In this document: positions 36,286 through 46,988 of the stretch, one piece after another
Layout: each line of letters opens with the position of its first letter
Position numbering within the stretch: the first letter of the stretch is position 1
Assembly: GCA_000004985.1 (NCBI GenBank)
Contig: GG738869.1
Source of the DNA: Naegleria gruberi
Lineage: Eukaryota
Reading direction: 5' to 3' (one strand)
Length of the DNA stretch: 64,000 nt
The notes under the pieces: generated by a model
What the model saw: the letters and a program-made list of their open reading frames with translations, nothing else
Database searches by the model: none
What the model was told of the DNA's origin: nothing
Made by a program: the position numbers and the translations under genes

Positions 36286-37616
36286 TGCAGAAATGATAGC
36301 ACCAACCTGACAAGGCTTTAGTTTATGTTTTAATAATCAAAACTTACAATTGTTTGAGTAATTGTGTTTCCTTTCTATATAGTCAAAGATGATGAAGAAA
36401 CATAAAGGTCAACAATCAGCATGGACCAAAAATTACGTGAGCGCATTAATCAAAACAAGTTAGAATGTCAAATCACCGAGGGATAATACTACAACAACAA
36501 CATACCAACAAGGATACATTCACGCCAAAGCCTGAAGTACCAACAGTAGAGTTGGTGAAAATAACTTGGCCACCAGCAGGCATCTTGTTTGTTTTTTTTA
36601 AGAGAATGTTTTTTATAATGGGTGAGGATGGCACACATGAAATACCAATACAAAGCCTTTCATCACACGCCAATCTGTATCGAAAGAGAGGAGGATATTG
36701 AATATCGAAATGAGCGTTCTAGTGCTCTGTTGTTGGCCTTCTTTGAAAGTTTGTGTGTTTGTAATTAGCTTCATTGCCGAATAAATTTTATGAATTTGTC
36801 GCACAACTTGACAAAAAAACAGACATGGTGACATTTTGATAATTAATGTAGTAGAGTGATGGGTAACATCATACCATTTCAATACAGTCTAATCTTTAAT
36901 AGACAACATGACAAGTAGAATATATTCGAATATTTTATTGAGGAACGAATTGGGGATTCGAGTCATCTAGATTTGAAATATAGATGGTGTTTACTTTATC
37001 TTGATTTATTACTTACTCTACATCTTCTACTACAATTTATGTTGGCAACAATACACAATACACGAATCATGCCATAATATTTTCATGACTCGAAGGCATT
37101 GAGGTTAGAGCGGAAGAGTTTTAAGTGTAAGGAGTCTGGATCTGGTGATGGTTTGTAGAATAGTTGGTTGTTGTGAATTTTGCCTATTTTAATAATTACA
37201 TAAAAGGAAATAGGCAAACTTCCGTTTTACATTCAAAGCAGTTTATTCCAAAGAGGTTCTTTATCAGAAACGGAATGGTAGAAATTTTAGGTCAGTATTC
37301 AAAATTTTGTAACATTCAAATTTCATTTATTTGCACCATCTACAGTTTAGTTTAGGGTTAGGCAACGAATGACGGAGAGTGAGGGAGATCCTGTCTCAAT
37401 GATAAATTTGTTACCTGTGAATGAGAACCTAGGTTTTGAAAGTACCTTACTACTTTCATTCAGTTCAGCAGGGAAGGAATAGGATAAGTTGGACTGTTCA
37501 TTTTCAACAACTTGTGATAGGCATTTGCATTAAATGTGTCAATAACACTCAATGTACCTCCAACAATTACAATCATTACTTCAGCAGAGTTGGAATTTGC
37601 CAATTTGTAACAAAAA

Positions 37617-38075
37617 TCATAATTTCCTTTGTTTGTGAATTGAAAGTTGTATAAACATCTGCAGTATTATTGATTGGTGTAGAGATTGTTGAAACATTAA
37701 CAAGCTGATCTCACACAACAATTCGAAAGCTCTCCAAGATGCTTTACGAACACCAACATTGGTGATTAATCCATAGGTTCCTGAGAAGACTTTAGATTGT
37801 TGACCTCCCTCTTCGAAAATATCAGAAACACACCAAAAACTGAAAATGTCAACCAAGCCATGAATGTATGGTGCTGGAAAGGCTGTATCTTGATAAAAAT
37901 TTGATCCTCCTCCATTTTCTAATCCAGCATTCCATTCAGTGTAATAAAGTGGATAATTCCCAGCTTCCGTTCTGGTTTTTCTATTGGCATTTCACATAAA
38001 ATCTCTCTTAACGGGGAAGATATCAGTTGGATATTCATGTGTTGATATAAAATCAAGTGGAATATTTGCTTTTTT
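37617..38075 (-). pseudogene. Glycoside hydrolase family 39-like (alpha-L-iduronidase / beta-xylosidase family) remnant with in-frame stops
   Basis: Minus-strand frame reads ...IPLDFISTHEYPTDIFPVKRDFM*NANRKTRTEAGNYPLYYTEWNAGLENGGGSNFYQDTAFPAPYIHGLVDIFSFWCVSDIFEEGGQQSKVFSGTYGL... with GH39 hallmarks (DFISTHxY, nucleophile motif YTEWN, FS[FY]W..SD[IV]FEE, GxxGL). In-frame TGA codons lie at 37984-37986 and 38073-38075. Flanking regions are fragmented across frames. Confidence 0.45.
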
Positions 38076-38408
38076 GTGAATTCATTATTTGAGTCTGGTG
38101 ACAATATTGATCTAATATTCAAAATAAATACCACAGCTCCAAATAATATAATATCCACTCAAACTTGCAACTCTTTCATCAAATCCATGCTCATTAATTG
38201 CTTGAACTCGTTAATGAGAAGTAACAAACAATCCATCTCCCCTATTCCAAGAGCTGTTGACAGAGACCAGTTTTTTGAGTTTAAAGTGGTGTCTGAACAA
38301 CAACTTGATTAATAATTTAAAGGACATTGACAGTTTGTTTTTATTAAGATATACAGAGAGAAGGTAGAGAGAAGAACAGTGAAAAGGGAAATGAGAAATT
38401 CAAAAAGT

Positions 38409-39783
38409 TTACAAAATCATGCATTTGCCACCAGTCTTCTTTGCTGATTTGTTATCTTGCTTGAATCTTTCAGGATGCAAAACAACAGTGATGGCCAAAT
38501 TGAAACATTCCTTCAAACCAACTTGTGTCTTGGCCGAACATTCACAGTAAGAAATACAGTTGACTTCCTTTGACATTTGTTCACCCATTTCCTTAGTTAT
38601 TGGTGTAAGACCTTGTTCTTTCAATTTCTTTAAAGTGGCATCGTGTTCTCTCATGTCAACCTTCAAACCACACAAAATAATTGGAACAGCTGGACAGTGC
38701 TTACGCAATTCTGGAATCCAACGATCCTTAATGTTAGTGAATGATGATGGTTGAACAACTGAGAAACAAGCAATGAAAATTTCTGTATCTGGATAAGACA
38801 ATGGTCTCAAACGACTATTTTCAATTGTTCATCATCATTAAAATTATTAAATCAAATGGATAGAGTTAATTCACAACATTTAATATTAATATAGTAGAGA
38901 GATGGTGTAGTGTGTTAATAGTGAAGAAGAGGTGTCAAACAAATTATTATTAGAATCAAGTATGAAACTATTCGAATATTATTATTCTAAAACTTACTCA
39001 TAACTGTAAAATGTTGAAGGTTGTTAATATAATGAATAGAAATATAATACATACTCTTCTTGACCAGCTGTATCCCACAAACCTAATGACACTGTATGAT
39101 TTTCATACATGACATTGGCACAATAGTTATCAAAAACAGTTGGAACATATTCTAAAGTGGTGTTATTAGAAAGTCGTCATATTTTAAAAGCATGGTAATT
39201 AAAAGGATATCAGAAATTGATAGTATCATAACAAGATGAAGTGTAGGACTATGCATAAACAAGAAATTGTTTGTTAGAAACTTACCAGTTGGGAAGGAAT
39301 CAGTACTGTAACTAATTAACATGGAAGTTTTACCGACAGCACCATCACCTATAGTGGAAAATAATTATTTGTTATTAGAATGGTTGTTGTTGTTGTTTTG
39401 ATGGTTAGTCATAAGGTTTAGTTGTTTAAAGTGGAAAGTGGTTGATGGTGGTTTGATGTTTAGTTTACATTAATCATGATTGTGTTTTAGAGGTGAAAGA
39501 ATATTCGTTATGAATGTGAAAGATTATCGCGAAAGTCATGGATAGGGTTGAAATTGTTGTTGTTGTGGTTAGAAAGTGTAGAAATTTAACCAGAAAGTGT
39601 ACGAAACAATATTCGAAAAGGATCAAGTAAGAGAAAGCATCAAGTAATAATGATGGAAAGAAGAAGAAAATTTGTTATCATAATCAGATGGTAGAATTAA
39701 AAAATTCGAAACAAAACGGAATAATTAGAAACTAGACTAAACTTTTACATACCAACAACTACACATTTAATATTAGTATCCAT
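38409..39783 (-). CDS. Rac-like Rho-family small GTPase with CaaX box, 5 exons including a 6-nt micro-exon
   Basis: Exons are 39753-39783 ([11 protein letters not shown]), 39286-39348, 39055-39151, 38998-39003 (TTATGA) and 38409-38814. Introns are 404, 134, 51 and 183 nt with GTATGT/GTAAGT 5' sites. The spliced product reads [79 protein letters not shown]...KCMIL. The 6-nt exon supplies the conserved DYD. Confidence 0.75.
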
Positions 39784-40136
39784 TCTTTATATACAAAATC
39801 TATAGACAAAACTTTAATGATGGATTTGTTTCTATGTACGTACTCTCGAGAAAAAATCTAAGAGGGGTAGATTCGGTTTATTTTTTCTAGCTTGATTGCT
39901 GCCAAAAGTCAGAAGGTAACTGAGAACTAAAGGAATGATGTGTGATGGCCAGACGTGCGAACATTGAACTATAAAGTAATGGAAAAAAAGAAGGTATTCT
40001 ATTGAGGAAGGAACTGTGAAATGAAGAATATTACAAATTTCCATGAAGGCGTACAAATCCCTCATAAATGGGTGCGTCAACGAAAAACATCAGTCTGATT
40101 CCTCAATATCCATTAAGGTTCTCAAACTAATGTGCT

Positions 40137-40207
40137 CGTCTCGTGGTGTAATGGTAGCATAGTGGACTTTGAATCCATTGACGGAGGTTCGATTCCTCCC
40201 GAGACGG
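40137..40207 (+). tRNA. tRNA-Gln (anticodon TTG)
   Basis: CGTCTCG-TG-GTGT-AATGGTA-GCAT-A-GTGGA-CTTTGAA-TCCAT-TGAC-GGAGG-TTCGATT-CCTCC-CGAGACG-G. Acceptor stem is a perfect 7 bp. T-loop is the canonical TTCGATT. It closely resembles eukaryotic cytoplasmic tRNA-Gln. Confidence 0.9.
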
Positions 40208-40451
40208 TAACGTGGCGAGCCATTGAATTTTATTTTGAATAAATTTGGAATATTGAAGAGAAACCTTATTTGAAACTTTTTTATTTGAAAACATTAGAAG
40301 AAGGAAGCAGTTTGTTTGTTAAAACAATAACAAATTTCGAGATTAAAAATCTTCAAATATATTATGAATAATCTCCAATTGCTTAAAAACATCTCTTTCT
40401 TAATATTTTGACCTGTCAACCATCAATGATTGGCAACTATAAGAAAAAAAA

Positions 40452-41554
40452 ATGTCATCTTCTGGTTATGATTTAATTGCCATTCCTTTGGAAACAATTA
40501 TTGTGAGTGGGGATTTTCCCAAAAGGCTTTCCCTGCAAAGTGATTCCTCTTATAGATTAATCAAAAAGTTCAAGATTTGAGAGAAAGATTCGAACAGTTT
40601 CTTTCAACTGATGAACTATTAGAATCTCTCCATTGCAATCAACAGAAATTGTTGTTTCTTGACTATTTCTACGATTGTAAAAGAAAGAAAGCCATCAAAT
40701 TTAAAGATTATTCCTCACTCTTTCAAGTTTGTAATTGTTTTCTGGGTGAAATTATTGCCAAGTCAAAGGAACAAATTTTGATTAATGACTTGACAGGTAG
40801 GAATTCATTTCTAGCTCAGTTTAATTCAATAGTGGATGAAAATCCTTCATTATTTCCGATATGTAAGAATGTGGAGGTTTATTCTTGGTTTTCAAAACAA
40901 TCAGAATTGAGTAGAAATAGAGAAGGTGATGTAATTCTAGAAGAATCGAATAATGGTATTGGAAATGAGGAAGATGATGTGTTGGAAATGCTAATTCTCA
41001 CATTTAATTATCATTTCAAAGCTTTATTCTATTTCTTTCAGAAGGTAGATTCAAAATTCATTCTAAATTGGACGAAAGAAAGTTTGAGTTCATTACCAAA
41101 GTTTATTCTAGACGAATTGAAAGTGAAACACGAAACTCGTCAATCCTTCAAAGAATTACTTGTCTACAAGGAGGAAGAACTCAATAACAGTACAATCCTG
41201 GATGCAGACTTTGAATTTCTGAATTTCCTCGCAATGAACACAAGTGATTGGAAAGCAAGAACCAAACTGTCAAATGCAAGTAATTGTCACATTTACTCGT
41301 CAAAGGAAAAATACATGGCAACTCCCAGAACAACCATTTACAAATTTGTCTATACAGTGGATAAGACTATTGAAGAATTTTCAAAAGCTTTCCTTTCGTA
41401 TGATTTCTCTGGAGAAAAGATGGTTATTAGTTCGTACTGGAGTTATGACCCAATGAATATTAATCATTCCTCAAAGAAATATTCAATTGTTAAGGGTGAA
41501 TTAGTTTTCAATCCAAACATTCCTCTAATTTCCAAACGAAGATCAGATGATTGA
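40452..41554 (+). CDS. Hypothetical protein (about 350 aa), 2 exons, no recognised domain
   Basis: Exon 1 is 40452-40502 (MSSSGYDLIAIPLETII). A 53-nt intron at 40503-40555 follows (GTGAGT...TTATAG). Exon 2 is 40556-41554, in frame with ORF 40577-41554. Confidence 0.5.
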
Positions 41555-41679
41555 TGTGGAGGAATTGATTTCGAATAAAGTTTGCTAAGAAAAAAAGATT
41601 GAAAGCTAAATTGAGATGTTGATTTGCTCTTGCAAATGCTGAATATCCAATGATCGAGGCTAAGAACAAAAAATCAGAT

Positions 41680-41752
41680 ACCGACAATGGGGCTCGAACC
41701 CACGACCCCAGGATTAGAAGTCCTGTGCTCTATCCAACTGAGCTATGACGGC
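41680..41752 (-). tRNA. tRNA-Arg (anticodon TCT)
   Basis: The reverse complement is GCCGTCA-TA-GCTC-AGTTGGATA-GAGC-A-CAGGA-CTTCTAA-TCCTG-GGGTC-GTGGG-TTCGAGC-CCCAT-TGTCGGT-A. D, anticodon and T arms are good. The acceptor stem has one U:U mismatch (5:68) and G1:U72, so it may be weakly functional or degenerate. Confidence 0.65.
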
Positions 41753-41821
41753 TTACATTCAATATGAAAAATATTCCCTTTTTATAAAATTGTCTAGTAT
41801 GTACCTGGCAAGTTCCTCCTT

Positions 41822-42751
41822 GTGTTCACAAATGTCAAAAAAGTCAACAAACAAAAAATGTCAAAACCTGTCCACACATTGATTGTTTCGTTGTTTCTTG
41901 TCATCATACTTTCATTTTTGACAGCATCATCCACTGCAAAATCTTATGCAATTACTTCACTTTCTTCAGAAGTTCACATTACAAATGGTGCTTGTACTTT
42001 GGACGTGGTCGAAACTTTCGAATACGAATTTACTGGTTCCTATTCAACTATTGGAAGAGCTTTCGCTTCTAATATTGATAACGTCAACAATATTGCAGTT
42101 GTTACACTCACATCTGGTTATAGTATTTCAACTTATTTTGATAGTACTGGTTATATTATCATGTATTTGAGTCCAGCAACTCCAGAATCAGGAACAACAA
42201 TGGTTTCGTTCCAACTGTCGTATACTGTAATAGGAAGACAAAATCTATTTGCCAGTTCTGCATCAGCTTCAAAGAATACTGTTTCGTTCTATTACAAGGA
42301 TAGTGCAATGATTAGAAATTTGACCTCTACTTTTATATTCGATTCGAATATTGGATTCACCAGTGCACCAACTTCAAGTGGTCAACTCATCACTAATGGA
42401 AATCAATATTCAGTCTTATTTTCAGTTCAAAATCTCACCAGTCTATACGTTCCAACAGTTTACTTTAATCCAAATTCAGACAATTTTAATTTGTGTCCAT
42501 TAACAGTTGGTGGAGTGGTAGGAATAGTTATTGGATCTGTGGCTGGAGCCATCATTCTTACACTAATATTTGCATTCATATTAATTAAGGGTAAATCAGG
42601 TGGAGGAGGAGGTGTTGGCAGTGGAACTTCCCACTGGACAGGAAATAATCATCATCATCATAACCATTCTCATACTGGTTATGGATATAGTGGTGGAGGA
42701 GGTGGAGGTGGTGATAGTGGTCACACTGGAGGTTCAGGATTTGCAAATTAA
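41822..42751 (+). CDS. Type I single-pass membrane protein with Gly/His-rich cytoplasmic tail (309 aa)
   Basis: Signal-like N-terminus from the second Met at 41858 (MSKPVHTLIVSLFLVIILSFLTASSTA). Ser/Thr-rich ectodomain. TM helix VGGVVGIVIGSVAGAIILTLIFAFILI. Tail reads GGGGGVGSG...NNHHHHNHSHTGYGYSGGGGGGGDSGHTGG. Confidence 0.6.
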   Translation: MFTNVKKVNKQKMSKPVHTLIVSLFLVIILSFLTASSTAKSYAITSLSSEVHITNGACTLDVVETFEYEFTGSYSTIGRAFASNIDNVNNIAVVTLTSGYSISTYFDSTGYIIMYLSPATPESGTTMVSFQLSYTVIGRQNLFASSASASKNTVSFYYKDSAMIRNLTSTFIFDSNIGFTSAPTSSGQLITNGNQYSVLFSVQNLTSLYVPTVYFNPNSDNFNLCPLTVGGVVGIVIGSVAGAIILTLIFAFILIKGKSGGGGGVGSGTSHWTGNNHHHHNHSHTGYGYSGGGGGGGDSGHTGGSGFAN

Positions 42752-42892
42752 CTTGTTATTGAAAATGCTCAATTCCAATAAATATTGGAATTCAATTCTT
42801 ATGGACTTTGTTCGAATGTTAAGCCAAACTTTTTTTCCATCAATTACCTTACCAACATATTCAACTAAACTTCTCTCGAACTTTCAATATTT

Positions 42893-44641
42893 GTGGAGTT
42901 TGTTAGGAGTTGTTTAAAAAAAATGTCTTCAAGAGTTTGCACAGCTTTTGGTCGACTTATTTCCACGCCATCATCACCATCATCACTATCATCACGATCA
43001 TCAAGAAGGAAAATTAATTCATCCTTCTTCATGTTATTATTAAATTATTTCCTTCTCATAATTTCTCTCGTTTTCTTCATCACATCAACCTCCAATTTAA
43101 TACTTGCCAAATCATCATCATCAATAATTACATCATCATCATCGGTGCAATTTAGTAGTAGTAGAATTAAAAATCATGATGTGAAGGATCCACCAAATTT
43201 TAATATTTGTCAATCAGAGGTTTCGAATCAGGTCAAGGATATGCTTTCTAATTTTCCAGCAACTTTTGGTATTCAAGTAATGGTTAATCAAACCATTGAG
43301 TTGTTTTCTTATAATCCAGATCCATTTCTTCAACCTGCTTCTAATAACAAATTATTGACAACTATTGCTGCATTGAATCATTTGGGAAGTAAATTTCGTT
43401 TCTCCACTGATTTCTTCTATGATTATAAGAATAGAAGAGTTGTTGTGAGACCAAAGGGAGATCCAACATTAACATTTGAGCAATTGCAAAAATCATTAAT
43501 GAATGTTTTGGAAAAGGTCACTTCAATGAATCCTCATGAAATTGTTGTGGATGCTAGTTTTTTCAATCCAATTCCATTTACAAATGGTGGAGATGATGAG
43601 GAATTTCCAGATTCATGGGAATGGGGAAATTTACAATATTCATTTAGTTCAGTACCAAGTGCCTTATCTTTGGAACATAATACTTTAACATTTACTGTTA
43701 AAGGTGGAGAGGTTGCTGGTCAAGGATTGAGTATTGTTTTGGATGAACCATTTCAATCATTTGCAAAGGATTTCTTTGAATTTGATACTAGTTTGAGTAG
43801 AACTTTGGATTGTTCAAATGCTAATATTATCAGTAAGGAAAGTGTCACCTCTTATTATAAACCTTTAGATAATAAGATTATTGTTAGAGGTCAATTGTGT
43901 GCAAAGAAGGAATCCAAGCAAACATTGACTGTTTTGGATACTTATGGATTTTTCTTACAAGCAGTTTCAAGTGCTAGCGCCTCTTCAAATGGTCCAAAAT
44001 CTGTTAAAATTGATTATTTGAGTGAGGAGGAACGTTCCTCCATGTTTGAATTCAAAGAGGAATGCGTCTACTCTGATAATATTCTCACAGTTATGAATAC
44101 TACACTTCAAGAGAGTGATAACATGTATGCAGAATTATTCTTGAGACAATTGGGAACTTTCATTAAGGCAAATAGTAGTTTGGACGTTTTTCCATCCATC
44201 ACCACAAGAGGAATTCAAGTTGTTAAGGATATTTTGACAAGTCAATTCAACTTGTCACCATTCACATTCTTCCAAAATGATGGATCTGGACTTTCTCGTC
44301 ACAATCTCATTTCTCCTCGTTCTCTAGTCGATGCATTGAGTGCAATCTATTACAAGGGAGCAGGTGGAGTCAGTGGTGAAACATTTGTCTCCTTATTACC
44401 TCTCGGAGGAAGGAGTGGAACTCTCAGGAATAGATTTGTTGATTTCCCAGGTATTGTGAGTGCTAAAACTGGAAGCTTGGATGGAGTTAGTTCTTTGAGT
44501 GGATATATTAGAAATGCCAATTATAGAGATCCAATTGTTTTTTCAATTATTGTTAATCAGTGTCCACTCTCTGCCAAGGAAATGCATCAAATTATTGATT
44601 CCATTGTTACCTTGTTTGCATTCATGAATCCAAAATGCTAA
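42893..44641 (+). CDS. D-alanyl-D-alanine carboxypeptidase/endopeptidase (PBP4, peptidase S13) homologue, intronless, with Ser-rich N-terminal extension and hydrophobic anchor
   Basis: All three PBP4 active-site motifs are present with PBP4-specific context: SxxK (QPASNNKLLTTIAALNHLGSKFRFST, cf. E. coli DacB PASTQKVITALAAL), S-x-N (DGSGLSRHNLISPRSLVDAL) and KTG (AKTGSLDGVSSLSGYI). The N-terminus MSSRVCTAFGRLISTPSSPSSLSSRSSRRK plus FFMLLLNYFLLIISLVFFITS is eukaryote-style. Codon usage and AT content match neighbouring intron-containing genes. Confidence 0.8.
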   Translation: MEFVRSCLKKMSSRVCTAFGRLISTPSSPSSLSSRSSRRKINSSFFMLLLNYFLLIISLVFFITSTSNLILAKSSSSIITSSSSVQFSSSRIKNHDVKDPPNFNICQSEVSNQVKDMLSNFPATFGIQVMVNQTIELFSYNPDPFLQPASNNKLLTTIAALNHLGSKFRFSTDFFYDYKNRRVVVRPKGDPTLTFEQLQKSLMNVLEKVTSMNPHEIVVDASFFNPIPFTNGGDDEEFPDSWEWGNLQYSFSSVPSALSLEHNTLTFTVKGGEVAGQGLSIVLDEPFQSFAKDFFEFDTSLSRTLDCSNANIISKESVTSYYKPLDNKIIVRGQLCAKKESKQTLTVLDTYGFFLQAVSSASASSNGPKSVKIDYLSEEERSSMFEFKEECVYSDNILTVMNTTLQESDNMYAELFLRQLGTFIKANSSLDVFPSITTRGIQVVKDILTSQFNLSPFTFFQNDGSGLSRHNLISPRSLVDALSAIYYKGAGGVSGETFVSLLPLGGRSGTLRNRFVDFPGIVSAKTGSLDGVSSLSGYIRNANYRDPIVFSIIVNQCPLSAKEMHQIIDSIVTLFAFMNPKC

Positions 44642-44881
44642 ATTATAAAATAAATTAATATGTAATCCAAATAATTCAAATCTCGTTTGATCTAAATATT
44701 AATAATCATCAATTTAACATTCGTCTAAATCTCAAGGGAGTTGATCACTTTTAGAATTGTAAATGTTGATAATGGCCTAACATGAAGTGAAACATCTGTA
44801 TCCTGAAAAGATGATATACTTTCCAATTCGGTTAATAAATTAATCATTTAATTAATTACATATTATTAAAAGTCCCTTAAC

Positions 44882-45823
44882 TTATTGGTCTTTCTTTGCT
44901 TGTTTCTTCTTTTCAGAATGTTCCTCAAAATGAATGCTTGTTCTAAATATTCTGTCCATCACACCATACCAAGTTCCGTAATTATCTTGATAGTGAGAAT
45001 GGTGATAGGCATGTTCATTAGTCAACCACTTGAAAGGATTCAATTTGAAATCGAAACCTGAATGCACATAAGATGTCTCCATCATCTTGAAAACAATCCA
45101 CAAACAATACCAAAACAAGTGTACTCTCAATAAGCTTGGTCCAGATAGAACAGGAATTACATTACCAAACAAGTATTCAACTGGATGAGCATACACACAT
45201 CCAACGCTGACTGTATATCTCAATTCATGATGAAGAGAGTGAACATGTTTGTAGAGGAATGGTACCTTGTGAAGAAGGTAATGAGAACCAAAGAATAAAA
45301 CTTCATCCATGGCCATGAAAATACTCCAATAAATAATAATCTTTGGAATCCAATACCATCCAAAATCTGCCATCAAGCTCTCATACGAACTTTCGTGGAT
45401 TGTGGCCATGACTGATGAATTGAGAATAGTCATTGGAAGTGACATGAAGAAATGAATTTTTGAACAGAATATTAAAATCTTCCAGTAGAATGTTGGATCA
45501 AGAGGAGAATGTGACGGATTGATCAGGAATTTATCCATCCAAGAAATGTATCTTTTCGATAAGGTACTGCAAGTGTTTTCTCTGACCTTTAAAAATTGGT
45601 ATGCAATGAATGGAGCATTAAAAATCCAATAAGTCAACCACTGTGCCAGAAATGGATACACACCATAAACGATCCAAGTTGGTTGGTCCTCTACTGCATG
45701 TTTCCAAAACCTCTCTGTGAAGGAAGTGCTACTGATGTTTGTATGGTCATACGAAGACGACATGACGAAGAAATAGAAAGTGGACGAATAGACGTGGTTT
45801 GTTTTTTTTCTGTTGTCTAACAT
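44882..45823 (-). CDS. Fatty acid hydroxylase superfamily protein (sterol desaturase / methylsterol oxidase-like), 313 aa
   Basis: Histidine boxes HYLLHKVPFLYKHVHSLHHE and NEHAYHHSHYQ. Multiple TM segments. Confidence 0.75.
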   Translation of the reverse strand: MLDNRKKTNHVYSSTFYFFVMSSSYDHTNISSTSFTERFWKHAVEDQPTWIVYGVYPFLAQWLTYWIFNAPFIAYQFLKVRENTCSTLSKRYISWMDKFLINPSHSPLDPTFYWKILIFCSKIHFFMSLPMTILNSSVMATIHESSYESLMADFGWYWIPKIIIYWSIFMAMDEVLFFGSHYLLHKVPFLYKHVHSLHHELRYTVSVGCVYAHPVEYLFGNVIPVLSGPSLLRVHLFWYCLWIVFKMMETSYVHSGFDFKLNPFKWLTNEHAYHHSHYQDNYGTWYGVMDRIFRTSIHFEEHSEKKKQAKKDQ

Positions 45824-46988
45824 TCTAATCTATTCTCTCATTTCAATTTGTTTCGGCAAATCATCCGATTATGAATTTCTTCACTCATTCAATAATAAAT
45901 GTTTACAATAAATAGAAGGAGAACACTACGCTAGCCAGCCTATTATTGTACTTTACCGACCGCCACAACAGAAGAGAGATGAAGATGTTGTGAGGTACCT
46001 TGACCGATGACTCTTGAAATCAACCTTTGATTCGTCATCATGTTATTTTAATGGAGGTAGATGTCGGATAGTTCTCCATAATATTATTGTTGTCAGTGCA
46101 CTAAAATCCGTATTCCTTTTTTATTATTTAAACTTTGATATTTAATAGATGAGACGGGACGTTGTTTAATTTTTCTTAAGGCAAGAAATATTTACAGTTT
46201 TTTTTAAACTGCCAGCATAACAATTTTGTGCGGTTTCTGAAGAAGTGAATATTATTACCAACATGATTTAATTATCAATAGGAATATAACAGACTTTCTG
46301 TTGATCAAATTATCAGCGAAGGTGGTCATTCGTGCATGTTCATTCTAAAAATCATAATTTTTCATCATTAGTATTCATCAAGTCTTGTAATCAAGCGACC
46401 AATATTATGTGTTGTACAGTGTATTCTTAATCTTGGAGAGTAATAACCTTCATCAATAGTATTTCCTCTGCTGTTGCTGTTTTGTAGGCGAATATTCAAT
46501 CATGACTTTGCAAAGGTCTTGATACAGCATCGGAGTGAATGAAAAATGTTCAGGCTTCTTTTCAGTTTCTTTCTTTCTGATCAGCATTGTGTTCCTCCTC
46601 AATGCTAGCTTCTTCCTACAACAGTTGTTGGATCTAGAAATCAATTGACTACTAATCCTCGGAACCATTTCGTTATTTTTGTTTGCTCTTTCTCTTTGCT
46701 GATTGATTTTGATAATAATAGGCTCTTGAAAAGGTGCTGAAGAAATTTCCTGTAATTTAAGGATATTCTTCTTCGTTTCATTTACAATCAATAATAATTA
46801 GTGAGGCAGCTGGAAAAATATGAATATCTTTCGAATCACAGGTTGAAATTATCAGAAACAATAGGATATTGTCTGATATAAAACAAAATCATCCATTCTT
46901 CTTCTGTTTACAAAAGTGTAATTTTTCCAAAACAATTAATCCAAAATATTTTCCAAAATCCATTTACATATATTTACATATTAACTCT

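Noticed and set aside
37984-37998. A 15-nt intron (GTGAAATGCCAATAG) that would remove the in-frame TGA in the GH39-like frame
   Set aside because: It is far shorter than any other intron in the window (minimum about 34 nt). A second TGA lies 90 nt upstream anyway, so pseudogene status is more parsimonious.
37919-38312. ORFs 37919-38158 (-) and 38076-38312 (+)
   Set aside because: They overlap the GH39-like remnant in other frames and strands, with no motifs. They are likely chance ORFs in a decaying locus.
46453-46791. 112-aa minus-strand ORF (MIVNETKKNILK...)
   Set aside because: It has low complexity and no motif. It could be real but is not distinguishable from chance in AT-rich intergenic DNA.
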